A stretch of DNA of 64,000 bases from Polymyxa betae A26-41 (lineage: Eukaryota > Protista > Endomyxa: Phytomyxea). Of this stretch, positions 1-11,599 are shown piece by piece (position 1 is the first letter of the stretch; each line of letters begins with the position of its first letter). The DNA lies in the NCBI GenBank assembly GCA_003693705.1, contig RBZT01000716.1, forward strand, positions 30,518-94,517. Reading direction: 5' to 3'. The translations under genes and the position numbers were made by a program. The notes beneath the pieces are model-generated. The model was not told where the DNA came from. It saw nothing but the letters and a program-made list of their open reading frames with translations, and made no database searches.

Positions 1-238
1 TTATGTAGAGGATTCCTGCAATACAACCTAATATGATAGCGATTGTCACCAAGATCTCGTTCTGGCTTGGCATTCGGTATCCTTGGTCGTTCTCGATGTT
101 CGGTTGAGGCCTTTCAGGTCGGCTCTGATCATTCTGGGCTGCAATTAGACCGAGTCTGTCGAGTTTTTTGACGTGAATGGCTGCATGTGATAGACTGAAT
201 ACAGCCAGGATTGCGAACCAGGCCATCTTGGTCGTCAT
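1..238 (-). CDS. 5' part of a small signal-peptide + TM protein, runs off the window edge
   Basis: ATG at 238 opens MTTKMAWFAILAVFSLSHA (signal-like)...NEILVTIAIILGCIAGILYI (hydrophobic) with no stop before base 1; not in ORF track. Confidence 0.55.
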   Translation of the reverse strand, partial: MTTKMAWFAILAVFSLSHAAIHVKKLDRLGLIAAQNDQSRPERPQPNIENDQGYRMPSQNEILVTIAIILGCIAGILYI

Positions 239-687
239 GCTTGCTCACGTCATTAAACGTCGCTAACCCGAGATCGTCCTAGTACGGTCTCCAGTCTCAG
301 ATTGCAACACAGAGCGTACTCGTCCTTGAATTTGCAAAATCTTCATCGATCAGTTTTGATCGGTACTAGATTTGTCATTATCGTTGATATAGTTGCTATT
401 AGCAAAGTGATGACTATTGCGATCCCACCATGATAGAATGAATTGGAGTGAAAGAGGAGGCTCTTCGATGATGCTCGACGATCTGGGTGATTGACGATTT
501 GTCTGCAGTAATAGATCTGGGGTGAACAGTAATAAAATGGCTCTGTTCAGTTGGCGGCGTTGGTGTCAAATTTTGAGATGAGATGAGAGCAGGATGGAAT
601 AACCAGACCTGTAGAATAGCGATAATCCCATGACAGATTGATAACCACGACCTATAACAATATTATATCAGTCATATTACTCTCATT

Positions 688-1937
688 CTAAACAAAGTAA
701 AGAGACCAGATAAGAATCCAGCTGGTTGGTGTGACAGCGCCATCCACAGCATACATCAAGAATCCGACCACATACAATGTTATCATGATGCCCAACGAGG
801 CTACAATCCGTCGCATTCGATCAAGATACAGCATCAATGATCCATGAACACCGCGAGAGACACGCCCAAGACGCCACGAACTAAATATGAGTTGAGGGCC
901 GGCGAATGCCAAACAGACACCATAGAATGCAGCAGAGATCTGTGGCGCTAGCACCTGGCTTTTATGCATCGCCAGCGATAGTGATATAGTTAGGTCGCCG
1001 GCCAGTACGACGCCATACGCGGCAGCGTTGCAGAGGCCAATATTGCCAGATACGGGTCGGGGTGGAAGCTGAACGATTCCAAGTCGAATACGATTCCAGA
1101 CAGTTGATGTTATCATGATGGTAATAAATGTAACACCTGTTAATTGTGGTAGCAGAAATAACTGTTATTAATGATATCAGTTGACGAGAACCAGAAACCC
1201 TAAACCCTAACCTGTAGAGGTGATGTCAGGACCGGGGTTGACAGTGTCCCGACCAGGGCGAACTTCACAGCCAGGACGCCCGATGACACCATCCGGATCA
1301 GAAGCGCTACATGAACGATGGACAGAGCAGCGGGTCGGCGGCGCCGTACATTAGCTGCTGTGAAGATGAACGATGCCGCGGCGGAAACCGCAAACAGGAT
1401 CGTCGGCAGCCATCGCAGCAGCAGCTGGTACGTCCATAATCGCAGCGTGCTGGCCCAGGGATTGGGGTCGGGTCGCAACCGAATTCTGACAGGCTGCGAT
1501 TCGGTACGAAGGCGGCGTTCGAGGTCGGTGCTCAGGCGGACCTCGGCCAGTACGACGGACGAGGCGGGCGCCACACCATCATGGGCGTTGTACATGACGC
1601 CCGGCGGCCTCTGTGTCATCTGGATGAGGATGGCGGTGACCCCGGCCGCCACTAGATTGCCGTACTGGACCTCGTACGAGCAGGAAGGAGGTCCAGGAAG
1701 CAGGACGGCGTTATCCTGTACAAGAGATATGTTGATATGAGCAGGATGACATGGATTTGTATGGAATATGATGAGATTGGTGATGATATCGTAATTGATG
1801 GATTGTGGACCCAGATATTGAGTTGATGGAATTGCTAAAGTCCAGGTCCCATTTACAGATCCCGATATGAATGTTAATGTGGATTGCATTACAGGTATGA
1901 ATATCAATAAACAGGCCAGATACCATACAAAGGACAT
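688..1937 (-). CDS. PA-domain + multi-TM (7TM-like) receptor, paralog 1; spliced, 3' end uncertain (may extend to ~530-570 through another intron)
   Basis: Signal peptide MSFVWYLACLL; PA-like motifs (NPC...SCSYE...AAGVTAILI); intron 1162-1211 (GTTAGG...TAACAG) joins SPLQ to LFLLPQLTGVTFITIMITSTVWNRI, collinear with paralog 2. Confidence 0.75.
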
Positions 1938-2414
1938 TGCAATCACATTACGAGTCAACCAATTGATAGCTCACTCCTTGATCAGAGATACTGTATTAAT
2001 CGCCGATCAGCAGGAAAAATCCACCCGACTCGAGAGTGACGACCGAGTACACCTACAGATCTTGTCAATTAAATTTGAAAATGAGAGTTCAGCTTATTAC
2101 CATGGATTCTTTCAGCGTAGAATTGTTCCTTCACGATATACAACGTTATAATCAATTAAAGCATTGTGTGGTGATTCAAGCACACATCGGCATGGTCTAA
2201 AGCGTTTGAGCCACCTTTGATATTGTGTTGATGATGATGATCATGAGTTGCAAGTCATGCCCAAGGTTCATCTGTTGTCAGGATTGTCATTAATGGAAAT
2301 CATACTGTAGTGATGGTCATAAGATCAGATCACATCATAGGATGATGATGGCAGATTTGTTGCGATCACGATCATCATTGTACCCTTGTTGAGGAGGTCG
2401 CACTGTTATTTCCA

Positions 2415-3892
2415 ATGCTGGGCGCCCTCGTCTTCACCAGCATAATCAGCGTCGTATCATCGTCAATGACATTCCTGAACGGATCTCTAGCAGGGAGGTC
2501 GTACTCGTCCCCGTCCGTTACCCGATTTCTGAGCCCTGAGACCAACACCACCATTGAGGCTGAGCTGATCTACATCGACCAAGACGGATGTAATGCGAGG
2601 TCAAGAGTAGATCAGAGCCATGTTCATGGTCGTGCTGTCTATTTAGCACATCCGAGTGGTTGTAGCTTTGAGATGAATTATGATCAATTCGCATCAATGG
2701 GTGTTGTCGCTCTTGTCGTCATGGATGTCTATATTCCGGGCGGCCTCGGTTACAATATGCATGATGGCGTGGTCCAGTACGCCCACACCGGCATGTTGTT
2801 CGTCCAGCTCGGGTACGATGAGCCGCTGCTGGCGTATTTGACATCGAGACCGTCCGGCATCCATATTCGTCTGTCTACGGATCCCAATCGGTGGGCCAGC
2901 ACGTATGCGTCGTGGCCGTACGCGACCTTTCTACGTTGGCTGCCGGCCCTGATCTTCACCTGTTCTGGGACGATGGCGATACGATATCTGTACGGGCACG
3001 TCATGCTGGACCTGCAGAAAAGGCGGACGACGTCCGGTGGACGGACCCCGGTCCTGTACGACCTCGTGAGACTGCCGAATGTGGCACTGCTGATAAAGAT
3101 GGCAGAGGCTCTGATCTTGGCTATCAAGTTCGCTATGTGCGGGATGTTATCAACACCAGCCTGGTAAACCCTAAAACCCTAGCTCTATACAACTCTTTGA
3201 AACCCTCTTTCAATAGGCCTGCACCAGCACAACGTTATTTCATCCAACAGATGAGTGGATTGACATTTGTTACTATTGTTATATCAGCTACATTCTGGAA
3301 TCGTATTCTTGTAGATTTACAGCCAACACCACCATCATTCATAACACGTCTCATTATTGGAGATTTTGGTCGATTTACCTATATTACATATGTCTTAGCT
3401 ATAACCAGTGAAACATTCTTCTCAGTCGCCTACGCCAACTATTGGAATGTCGACGACAGTTTCTACAAAGCTGATGCGGGCGTACTGGCCATGGCCCAGC
3501 TTCTGGTCGGCAGCCAATTCCTGTTCAGCGCGATTCGGTTCCGCCTTGAGGCGAATACGATCCTGGAGCAACGTCATGATCCGAATCTGTATGCTTATCT
3601 ACATCGTATAAGTGCTATTGTAATTGGCCTGGGATTCTCATGTCTTGGATATGTTATTGGTACTGTAATGATTGCTGTTTATCCTGGATTTGTAACACCA
3701 CCAGGATGGACATTAACATGGTCTATTATCACTATATCACATGCTATTGAATCACTATTGCTCGTCAATCTATTCCGACCTCGAAGTTCACAGAATGTAG
3801 CTGGATCTGTAGTTGTAGTTCAATCAACAAGACCATCATCACCTCAAATCAAGATCAAACCATTTAGACCATCTCAATCCGACAGAAGATAA
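2415..3892 (+). CDS. PA-domain + 7TM receptor-like protein, paralog 2 (2 exons; intron 3164-3216)
   Basis: Signal peptide; PA motif DGC...HGRAVYL...GCSFE...SMGVVALVV; GT..AG intron fuses ORFs 2415-3167 and 2891-3892 (TPAW|PAPAQRYF); seven hydrophobic segments follow. Confidence 0.8.
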
Positions 3893-4039
3893 TCTAATCG
3901 TATTCATATAATATGATAATATAGTGCAGGCGGACGTTCTCTGCTCAATTATCATTCTATGAATGGATTCTGTCGATCGAGATTGTCGTACCTAACAGGT
4001 CCAGCACGGCGTGTCACGAAATATGAAGCATCACTCTTC

Positions 4040-5260
4040 TGACCGTTCAGGCTAATTTCGTGTCTTCATCAATGACATTTCTGAATGGAGCTCTATCTAA
4101 AATATCGTATTTATCACCTCGTACAATATGATATGTCAGATCTCAAACCAATGAACAGTTTGTGGATGCTAAACTCGTATATGATAATACAGCGGCTGTA
4201 ATCGTGTGATATTAGACCCAGATCAGTGGTGTGGGGCAGTATTCCCAGCCCATGCAGGTGGAGCTATAATCAGATTGCAGCATTACAAGCGCTACCTGTT
4301 ATCACTCTTGATACGACTATCCCGGGTGGTCTCATGCCATGGTCCAGTACGTCCACACTTAAATGCTATATAGGTCAAGTGGCATACCTGGAACAGATAC
4401 CTTCTGGAGTCCTTCTCCAGATGCCAACCCCATTGGTCGGGGGGCCAGTACCGATTTCCTTGTGGCCGTACCAGACGTTCCTGTGCTGGTTGACAGGGTC
4501 TGATGATGGCCTCTGCTGGGATCATAGCGTTATGGATACGTGCTGGCCCTGGAGTAGCACCGGACCCTTGATGAACCGAATGTGGCATTATTGATTAACA
4601 TGACCGTCTGGGCTATTAAATGAACCAAGTGTGACCTTTAATCAACACCAGCCTGGCACATCATTACAAACCCTAAAACCCTAAAACCCCACAAGCAAGT
4701 ATGCTGGTTACACCCAGTAGATGAGTTGGTAACTATTGTGATATCAGCTACAGTCTGTAATCGTATTATACTGATAGATTTACAACCATTACAACACCAT
4801 CATCATTCATTACACATATTATTTGTGGAGATTAGGATCGTCTTACTCATATTATATATTTCTTAGCAATAATTACAGAGATATTCTTCTCCATCTGTTA
4901 TGCCAAATAGTGGAGTGGCGCGGTACCTCCCTCGAACGCTTTTACAAGGCTGACGGCTGTGTCATGGCTCTGATCTAGTTGGTAGTCAGCAGCCAGATTC
5001 TATTCAATGCCATTCGGTTGCGATTGGAGGCGGGTATAATCACGACCTTGGCTTCAATGCTTATCTACATCGTATAACGTGATACTGGAATTGGTGTTGG
5101 ATTTACCTCTGAATATAAGATACAGACAGCAATGATTGCTGTATGTACTGAACCTGTAGGACAAAATCAGGATATACTTCAACATGGTCTAATGTCACAC
5201 AATGGAGAATTACTGCTTCTCGTGAATCTGTTCCGACGGCCGAAACTAACCGATTCCGGG
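4040..5260 (+). pseudogene. Degenerate third copy of the PA-7TM receptor
   Basis: Clear nucleotide similarity to paralog 2 (atgacatttctgaatgg, acaccagcctgg, gatttacaacc, gcttatctacatcgtata, aatctgttccgac) but many stops/frameshifts. Confidence 0.8.
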
Positions 5261-5364
5261 ATCGTCGTCCCAGCGCTGATTGTGACGCCAGCGAATTCCA
5301 AATGCATATTAAACAACTCACAGAGAAGTCATCCAGCAGGCGTTGAAAACAACAATAAAAGGGT

Positions 5365-6933
5365 TTAGATAGAATTTAGGGTTTCGAACGACTCTGTGGA
5401 TTTCTGCACGAGCACCTCGAGTCGTAGATCGATAGGAACACCACCCAGCAAAGAGCCAAGATCTTTACGGGTGCGTTGCCGAACCCATTCGAGGACGTCA
5501 CCACCACGTCCGATCACCATCTGCTTGAGGCGGGCTGACGGGACGTAGATCAGCTGATCGATGCGGATGGCACCGTCAACATTACGATGAAGTCCTTCAT
5601 GACGCTACAGAAATCATCAATCGTCGGGTGATGTTCCTGAGAGAGAGATTACCAGAGAGATTCTATAGGGCAGTTCCTGATTTAATCGTTGAAACAAGGC
5701 CTCACGAATGATTTCACTAATGCGTTCACCCAGAGATAAATCGGTGACGATGTCACTTTCGAATGGCCAGGCACCTTCATTACAATTATCAATCAAATAC
5801 CTCTATTGAAGCATATATCAGATCTCCGTCATCATTGTTAAAAACAAGTGAAAAGTCACCTTGATATCATTAACTCCATCATCTTTTAGAGCAGATACCA
5901 TAAAAGTCTTATCAAATGGTAATGCTTGATTTAGGGCTGCTGCCAGAGGTAGCAGACGATTCTTCGGATGGACAAGATCGACTTTGTTCAGTACAAGCGA
6001 AAGACGGAAATCTTCCCGCCGATCCATTGTCGATAGCTGCATCATGAATCAGGTCAGTTTGGTATTTGTTCGCTGTTTGAACCTCTTGAATAATAAACTC
6101 TTCGGTCGGTGTAATGTTACGAGCAGCATCAATTACCAGCAGACCTAATGGGAAGTCAGAAGAGCCAGATGTCATTTAGTATCAAACCTGTATCAGATTC
6201 CTGAATAGAGCGCCAGGCATCAGTCGCCATTTCACGTTGTAAACTGCATAACGATTAGAGCTGCCAATATCGCATTATCCTGCTGTACGTTTTCGATTCG
6301 GTTCGAGAGACGATCCCCGGTGTATCGATGAAGACCTATCAGGATAAGCTCAGCAGTCTGTCGTATTATGATCAGCTGCTTACAAGCTGTGTTAAACCTT
6401 TAGAATACACACCGAGTGTATTCGATCTTGTAGTATTCCTCTTATGAGATACCGCCGATACTTTGTTATTAATAAGCAAATTCATGAGCGTGCTCTTGCC
6501 GGCGTTCGCCACACCCACAATACTAACTGTAGCATGGCGCGGCAATAGACGCCTCGGTTTCGGGATGCTGCAATCGCCATCATCATCATGATCATCTCGA
6601 CGATTGTATAAGGTTATACCCAAGAGCCTCACGAACAATATCACCCTCGGATGGGACAGTTTCTGGTGTCCATTCGGGTCTATCCGGGACGGATTTAGCA
6701 TGATGCTGAATTCACAGATGAGCAACATCTAATGCATAATAGGCTGAATACAGCACCTGTAGCATGCGACCAAGATCAACATCATCATCAGGGCTTGGTG
6801 CCATCTGCGCTGCCTGCAACCTACGTAGAGCCTGATTGACGTTCAGGCCGCCGTCCCGCTGCATCTGTTCGAGCAGGTCGTTGGCTAGTACGGCCAGATG
6901 TCGTCGTACGGGGATCCGACATGGGGCCAGCAT
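5365..6933 (-). CDS. ERAL1: GTPase Era (mitochondrial ERAL1-like), multi-exon
   Basis: G1 GVANAGKS, VSHKRNTTR, G3 FIDTPG (~6315), G4 LNKVD, VSAL, then KH-domain exons (EIIREALF..NQELPY; KQMVIGRGG); Arg-rich N-terminal presequence; stop at 5365-5367. Confidence 0.9.
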
Positions 6934-6965
6934 GATCAGGAAATGGTCACGGACTTCCAGATGGT

Positions 6966-8266
6966 TTATTTCTCGTTGATGATAGAGACACCAAGCAGCG
7001 GCAGCATCCTGATAGAAGCGGGAGCGTCAGTGGTATCGGTGAGAAACTGATCAGCAGCATTAGCGACCAGGAACTCGTGCCAGCATGACGGATTCGTTTG
7101 TAGAAATTGCAACAGTGAATCCGACTCCATCAGCCGAACAATCTGCTTTACAGCATCATCGGATATAGAGATGGTGATATGATCATGACGGCTGAGTTTC
7201 GAATGAATCAAATCGATTGTTGGACCTGGCAGATTCACTTCTAAGGGAGCGTGATGTGAGAGGTACTTCTCATAGATCGCTGCCACCATCGATGCATTCT
7301 GCTTATCGTCTTTGCTGAACATAACTTTGAATTCAGTGGCATCTTTCCAGAATTTAAAATTTTCCACTGAGAATTCGGTTTCCAGATATGAAAGGAAAGC
7401 TTTGAATCCTGTCTGAGTCCGGATGAACTTCAAGAAATCCGATGATTGATTATCGTGATTGGAGCCGCACCCGTTTGCTACCATCAATCGTCGCGTATTT
7501 CTCATTGGTAAAATACACAGATTGAGGATTGTCCAATCCGATGCAATTACAACCGCAATCTGACCGATTCCTGTCTCCCATGTTAACTGATAGACTATGG
7601 CGAAGATCAGGCAGACAACCCCTGTCCGTCTCAGCATCTGTTTCGATTTAAAAGCATCCTGAACGGTCCGCAGCTTGAAACTAAGGCCAGAAATCCCATC
7701 AAACTTAGAAGAGCCCTTGCGGTGATGATCTCCAGCACATAAGGTATCGTCCAATTCCCCTTGTCGACCTCTGATATGGGAACATTAAGACCTGATATGT
7801 TCATAGCCAGAGCGTATACGAAGATCCCGAGAAGCTCCAGTACGACGTTGGTGATAATGTAAATGGCAGCAAACTTATCACTAAAGAGTATTTTTCGGAT
7901 TCATATTGATTCGATCTCGCTTAAGGCACTTGTGTCGTTTTTCGAATACATCGCCATCTGGTGGCAGGTCTTGTTATATGCGATGTAAAGTGAGAATGTG
8001 ACCACCAGGAGACCTTCAAGCGCAAACTGCAAGAAGCCTGATCCTAGAATGCAATCGAACCAAGCCGGTAACCAATCAGCCATGAGCATTCGGCAGATCT
8101 GTTGTAGACTGAACAGAACTAAAGCTGTACATGTAGCTGTCACTAAACGCGGACGTCGATGTTTAATGACGCCTTGGTAGCGACATTGCCAGTATGCATA
8201 TGGAACTTGCAAGAAAGGAAGATGCAATATTAGAAAGAACCACACAAACATGGTCCATATTGACAT
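6966..8266 (-). pseudogene. 7TM-RGS duplicate with premature stop and frameshift
   Basis: Collinear with 8436-9734; in-frame TGA at 7901-7903 where the paralog has Arg, reading continues IRKILFSDKF; 1-nt frameshift near 7685 before SFKLR; RGS box EFSVENFKFW...APLEVNL. Confidence 0.8.
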
Positions 8267-8435
8267 GCTGTATCACCAAGGCAAGATTCATTACCAGGTA
8301 CCACGCGATCAGATCGGCATCCCTAATTCAATTCTAAGACATTCAAATAACGCTCGCTTTACTAAGCGCTTCTGTCATGATCGAGCATGTACGGAGATGG
8401 ATGTTGTCGATACAGAGCTTACGTTCTGAAAGGAT

Positions 8436-9734
8436 TTATTCGTTGAAAGAGACAGCGACAATGGAGGTTGGAATCTTGGTAGTCATTGGCTTGGCGCTGG
8501 AGTCGGTGAGGAACTGATCAGCCGTGTTTGCCATCACGAATTCTTGCCAGATCGGCGGCTCTGTCTGGGTGAAACGCATCAACGAATCCGTTTCCATCAG
8601 CTGAACGATCTGAACGGCGGCAGTATCGAACATGGAAGCAGTGATTTCATTATGCCCAAAACGTAGCTTACTTTGGATAGAGTCGATGATGGAACCAGGC
8701 AGATTAACCTCTAATGGAGCCAGTGGCGTCAGGTACTTATTGCAGATAGCGTTCGCACGCAAGCGGTCTTGAGCATGATCTTTGCCAAAGTTAGCTTTGA
8801 AATCCATTGTTTCTTTCCAAAAGAGCAGGTTCTCAACAGAAAATTCAGTCTCCAGATACGAGCGGAATGCAGCGAACCCTCTCTCGGTCTCAATAAACTT
8901 GACAAAATCGGATGCGTACGTAGAGCCCCTTCTTTTGGCGGCCGAGGGTTGTCGAGTTTTTATCATTGGAAGGATGCACAGATTGAATATCGCCCAGTCC
9001 GCCGCGAGTGCCATTGCAATCTGTCCAAAATTGATGTTCCACGTTAGCTGGTAGACAGCAGCGAAAAAGAAAGAGGCAATTCCAATGCGTCGCAGCATCT
9101 GTTTCGATCCGAACGCATCTTGAACTAAGCGCAGCTTGAAGCTAAGCAACAGATAAAGAATCACTGTGATCAATGCCCTTATCGTGGTGATCAAAACACA
9201 TGAGGGTAGGGTCCAGTTGCCCTTATCAACCTCAATGATGAGGGTATTGAGCCCTGAGATATCTACAGCAAAAGCGTAGATAAGGATGGCCAGTAATCCA
9301 ATGCTGACATTGACCACGATCCAGATGGCGGCAAACTTATCAGTCAGGAGCAATCTCTGCATGCGGAGAGAACGAATCTCGTCTTCGGAAGAAGATCCTG
9401 TCTTGGCAAAGATCGCTAACTGGTGGCAGGTCTTGTTGTAAGCAATGTAGAGCGACAGAGTAAACAAGAAGAGCCCCTCTAGAGAAATCTGCAGCAAACA
9501 AATCCCAAACATGCAATCGAACCAGACGCCGATGTAATCAGCCAGCAATATGCGGCAGATTTGCTGCACGCTGAATAAAGCCAATGCAATACATGTTGCA
9601 GTAACCAGGCGTGGACGGCGATGTTTGATAACGTCTTCGTGCCGCCGTTGCCAGTATGCATATGGGACCACGAACAATATTGGCAGATGTAGAATAAGTA
9701 AGACCGTTGCTACAACAGTCCATGCGAGTACCAT
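8436..9734 (-). CDS. 7TM-RGS protein (seven TM segments fused to a C-terminal RGS domain)
   Basis: Seven hydrophobic segments in the N-terminal ~255 aa; RGS signature FRSYLETEFSVENLLFW...APLEVNL...FD.A...METDSLMRF; intronless. Confidence 0.88.
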   Translation of the reverse strand: MVLAWTVVATVLLILHLPILFVVPYAYWQRRHEDVIKHRRPRLVTATCIALALFSVQQICRILLADYIGVWFDCMFGICLLQISLEGLFLFTLSLYIAYNKTCHQLAIFAKTGSSSEDEIRSLRMQRLLLTDKFAAIWIVVNVSIGLLAILIYAFAVDISGLNTLIIEVDKGNWTLPSCVLITTIRALITVILYLLLSFKLRLVQDAFGSKQMLRRIGIASFFFAAVYQLTWNINFGQIAMALAADWAIFNLCILPMIKTRQPSAAKRRGSTYASDFVKFIETERGFAAFRSYLETEFSVENLLFWKETMDFKANFGKDHAQDRLRANAICNKYLTPLAPLEVNLPGSIIDSIQSKLRFGHNEITASMFDTAAVQIVQLMETDSLMRFTQTEPPIWQEFVMANTADQFLTDSSAKPMTTKIPTSIVAVSFNE

Positions 9735-10068
9735 ATGCTCAGACAGGTATGGCTAGATTCGCTTTGTAGTACAGCCTGAGGTCAGCAGCGTCCCAAAGCG
9801 ATCCAATCGCGGTGGCAAATCTCTTTTTAAAACTCAGTTTGGTTCAACCACGTTGAAAACTGTTTACCGGCGCCAGATGAAGTGAATGCAACATGCCGTT
9901 GTCAGTGATTTCATTCGCAGCAAAAACTGCTGATAATCGTTGTCATTGCTCAACTAAACAAAGGCCAGGACAATCATTAAAACCACATGTTTGAGCGACA
10001 GCAGAGTAAAGGAAAAGCAAACGGCTAGATATATTGTGATAATGGAAAGTAGGTAGGTATTCGATAAG

Positions 10069-10629
10069 CTAGTACACAAACAGTACTGACGCAATAGTCA
10101 CGGAAGCAGCAAGAAATCCAAACCCCATGAAGGGAGCACTGTTTTCGCTGTTCTCATTCATTGCCTTGGTTTTTGTGGGTTCTTTCTTCATCTTAGCCTT
10201 CGCCGGCTCATCTTGCTTGATTGTATCAACTCTGTCTTGATTTGTATTGGCACCAATCAAACTTGCGTCGTCGCACTCATTCTTGCACTTAGATTGAGGA
10301 TCATCATTCAAATTGATCCCATCGAGTGAGATCTTGGGATCAACTTCTTTGCTTTCATCTTCTTTCTGTTGATCATCTTCGACATTCGCATCGGTTGATA
10401 TTTCCTTTGAACTGTCCTGAGTAAGAGAATCGTCTGACTTCTGGACGTCTGCATCGTTTATGTCGGCAGCGTGACTATTAGGCGCTAAAGCATTGTCATT
10501 TGGAGTAGAAGACATCTCTGCAATGTCGGAGTCAGGTGGAGGTAGATCGGTTTCACTTGGGTTGTAACCACCACCGAAGACCAGAACGAAGCAGCTGACA
10601 AGAAGTGCTGCGAAAACCAAGACCTTCAT
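10069..10629 (-). CDS. Acidic low-complexity surface protein, probable GPI anchor
   Basis: Signal peptide MKVLVFAALLVSCFVLVFG; D/E/K-rich body; C-terminal NSA + hydrophobic tail FMGFGFLAASVTIASVLFVY. Confidence 0.75.
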   Translation of the reverse strand: MKVLVFAALLVSCFVLVFGGGYNPSETDLPPPDSDIAEMSSTPNDNALAPNSHAADINDADVQKSDDSLTQDSSKEISTDANVEDDQQKEDESKEVDPKISLDGINLNDDPQSKCKNECDDASLIGANTNQDRVDTIKQDEPAKAKMKKEPTKTKAMNENSENSAPFMGFGFLAASVTIASVLFVY

Positions 10630-11599
10630 GGCGAGAAAGCCAAGCAAATATTACAATGGAGAGCGAGAGACTCAAGTTGAAAAGAAGCGTTAACAGATCA
10701 GGGTTCCACTAAGCCATGCTTCTAGATGTATCGACATGCCATTCTCTCTGTCGTTCAGTACAGATGACAATACACTGAGATCATGTCAGGCCTCACTTTA
10801 TTTATAGAACAGGGCTTGCAACGGGCTCCAGCCTCGAAGCCATGTCACCCATCAACGCATCGCCCCGTCATCATCCTATCTGCGGGCTGCGCCATTCAGA
10901 AGCCATAAGGTTGCGCTTCGGCATCTGATGCGTACGTACTCTTGCTTCCACCAGCGGCAAGCCTGCAACCCAAAACGGCATAAACATTCACAAAAAAAAG
11001 TAAAAAACGTCATTGCCACACAAAAATTCATAGAACGCATGACGGCAGGCAACAGCTGGGGTTGCACTAAAACGCATTGATAGAGTTTCTGCTACCGGTA
11101 GGGAGTACCATCAGCCATGCGCTTAGAACACAGGCCTGTTGATCAAGATTAGCGAACTGGACAAATTCGATCCAATTTTATCCAGTTCAGTTCATCTCTA
11201 ATCTGCTAGGTACTCTGTATTCAATGGAGGGACCGTCTTTCTGGTCACTCTTGTCATCAATCATGATAGTCATCTTCCTTATCAGTAAAATGCCTAACTG
11301 AGTTACGCCAACAATTACAGCAACTAGCCTAAAAATGCACCTCACATTACCATATATACTATGGCAATAACTGTGTCGTGGATAGCTTGCGACACTTTAT
11401 GTAGTTCTGGTAAGTGCCAGATGATTATATCTGCCGATACTTTGGCTTTTGCAATAATCTCCCGGATCGATATCAGGACTGGTAATCTCAAAGCTGCTTG
11501 TGATGTAGCAGATTGCCGCTACCAACACTCAAGAAGAATGGTTGAGGACCATTTAGGTTGGTAATCTTCTCAAACCTTAATCACTTCTTCCATGATCGT

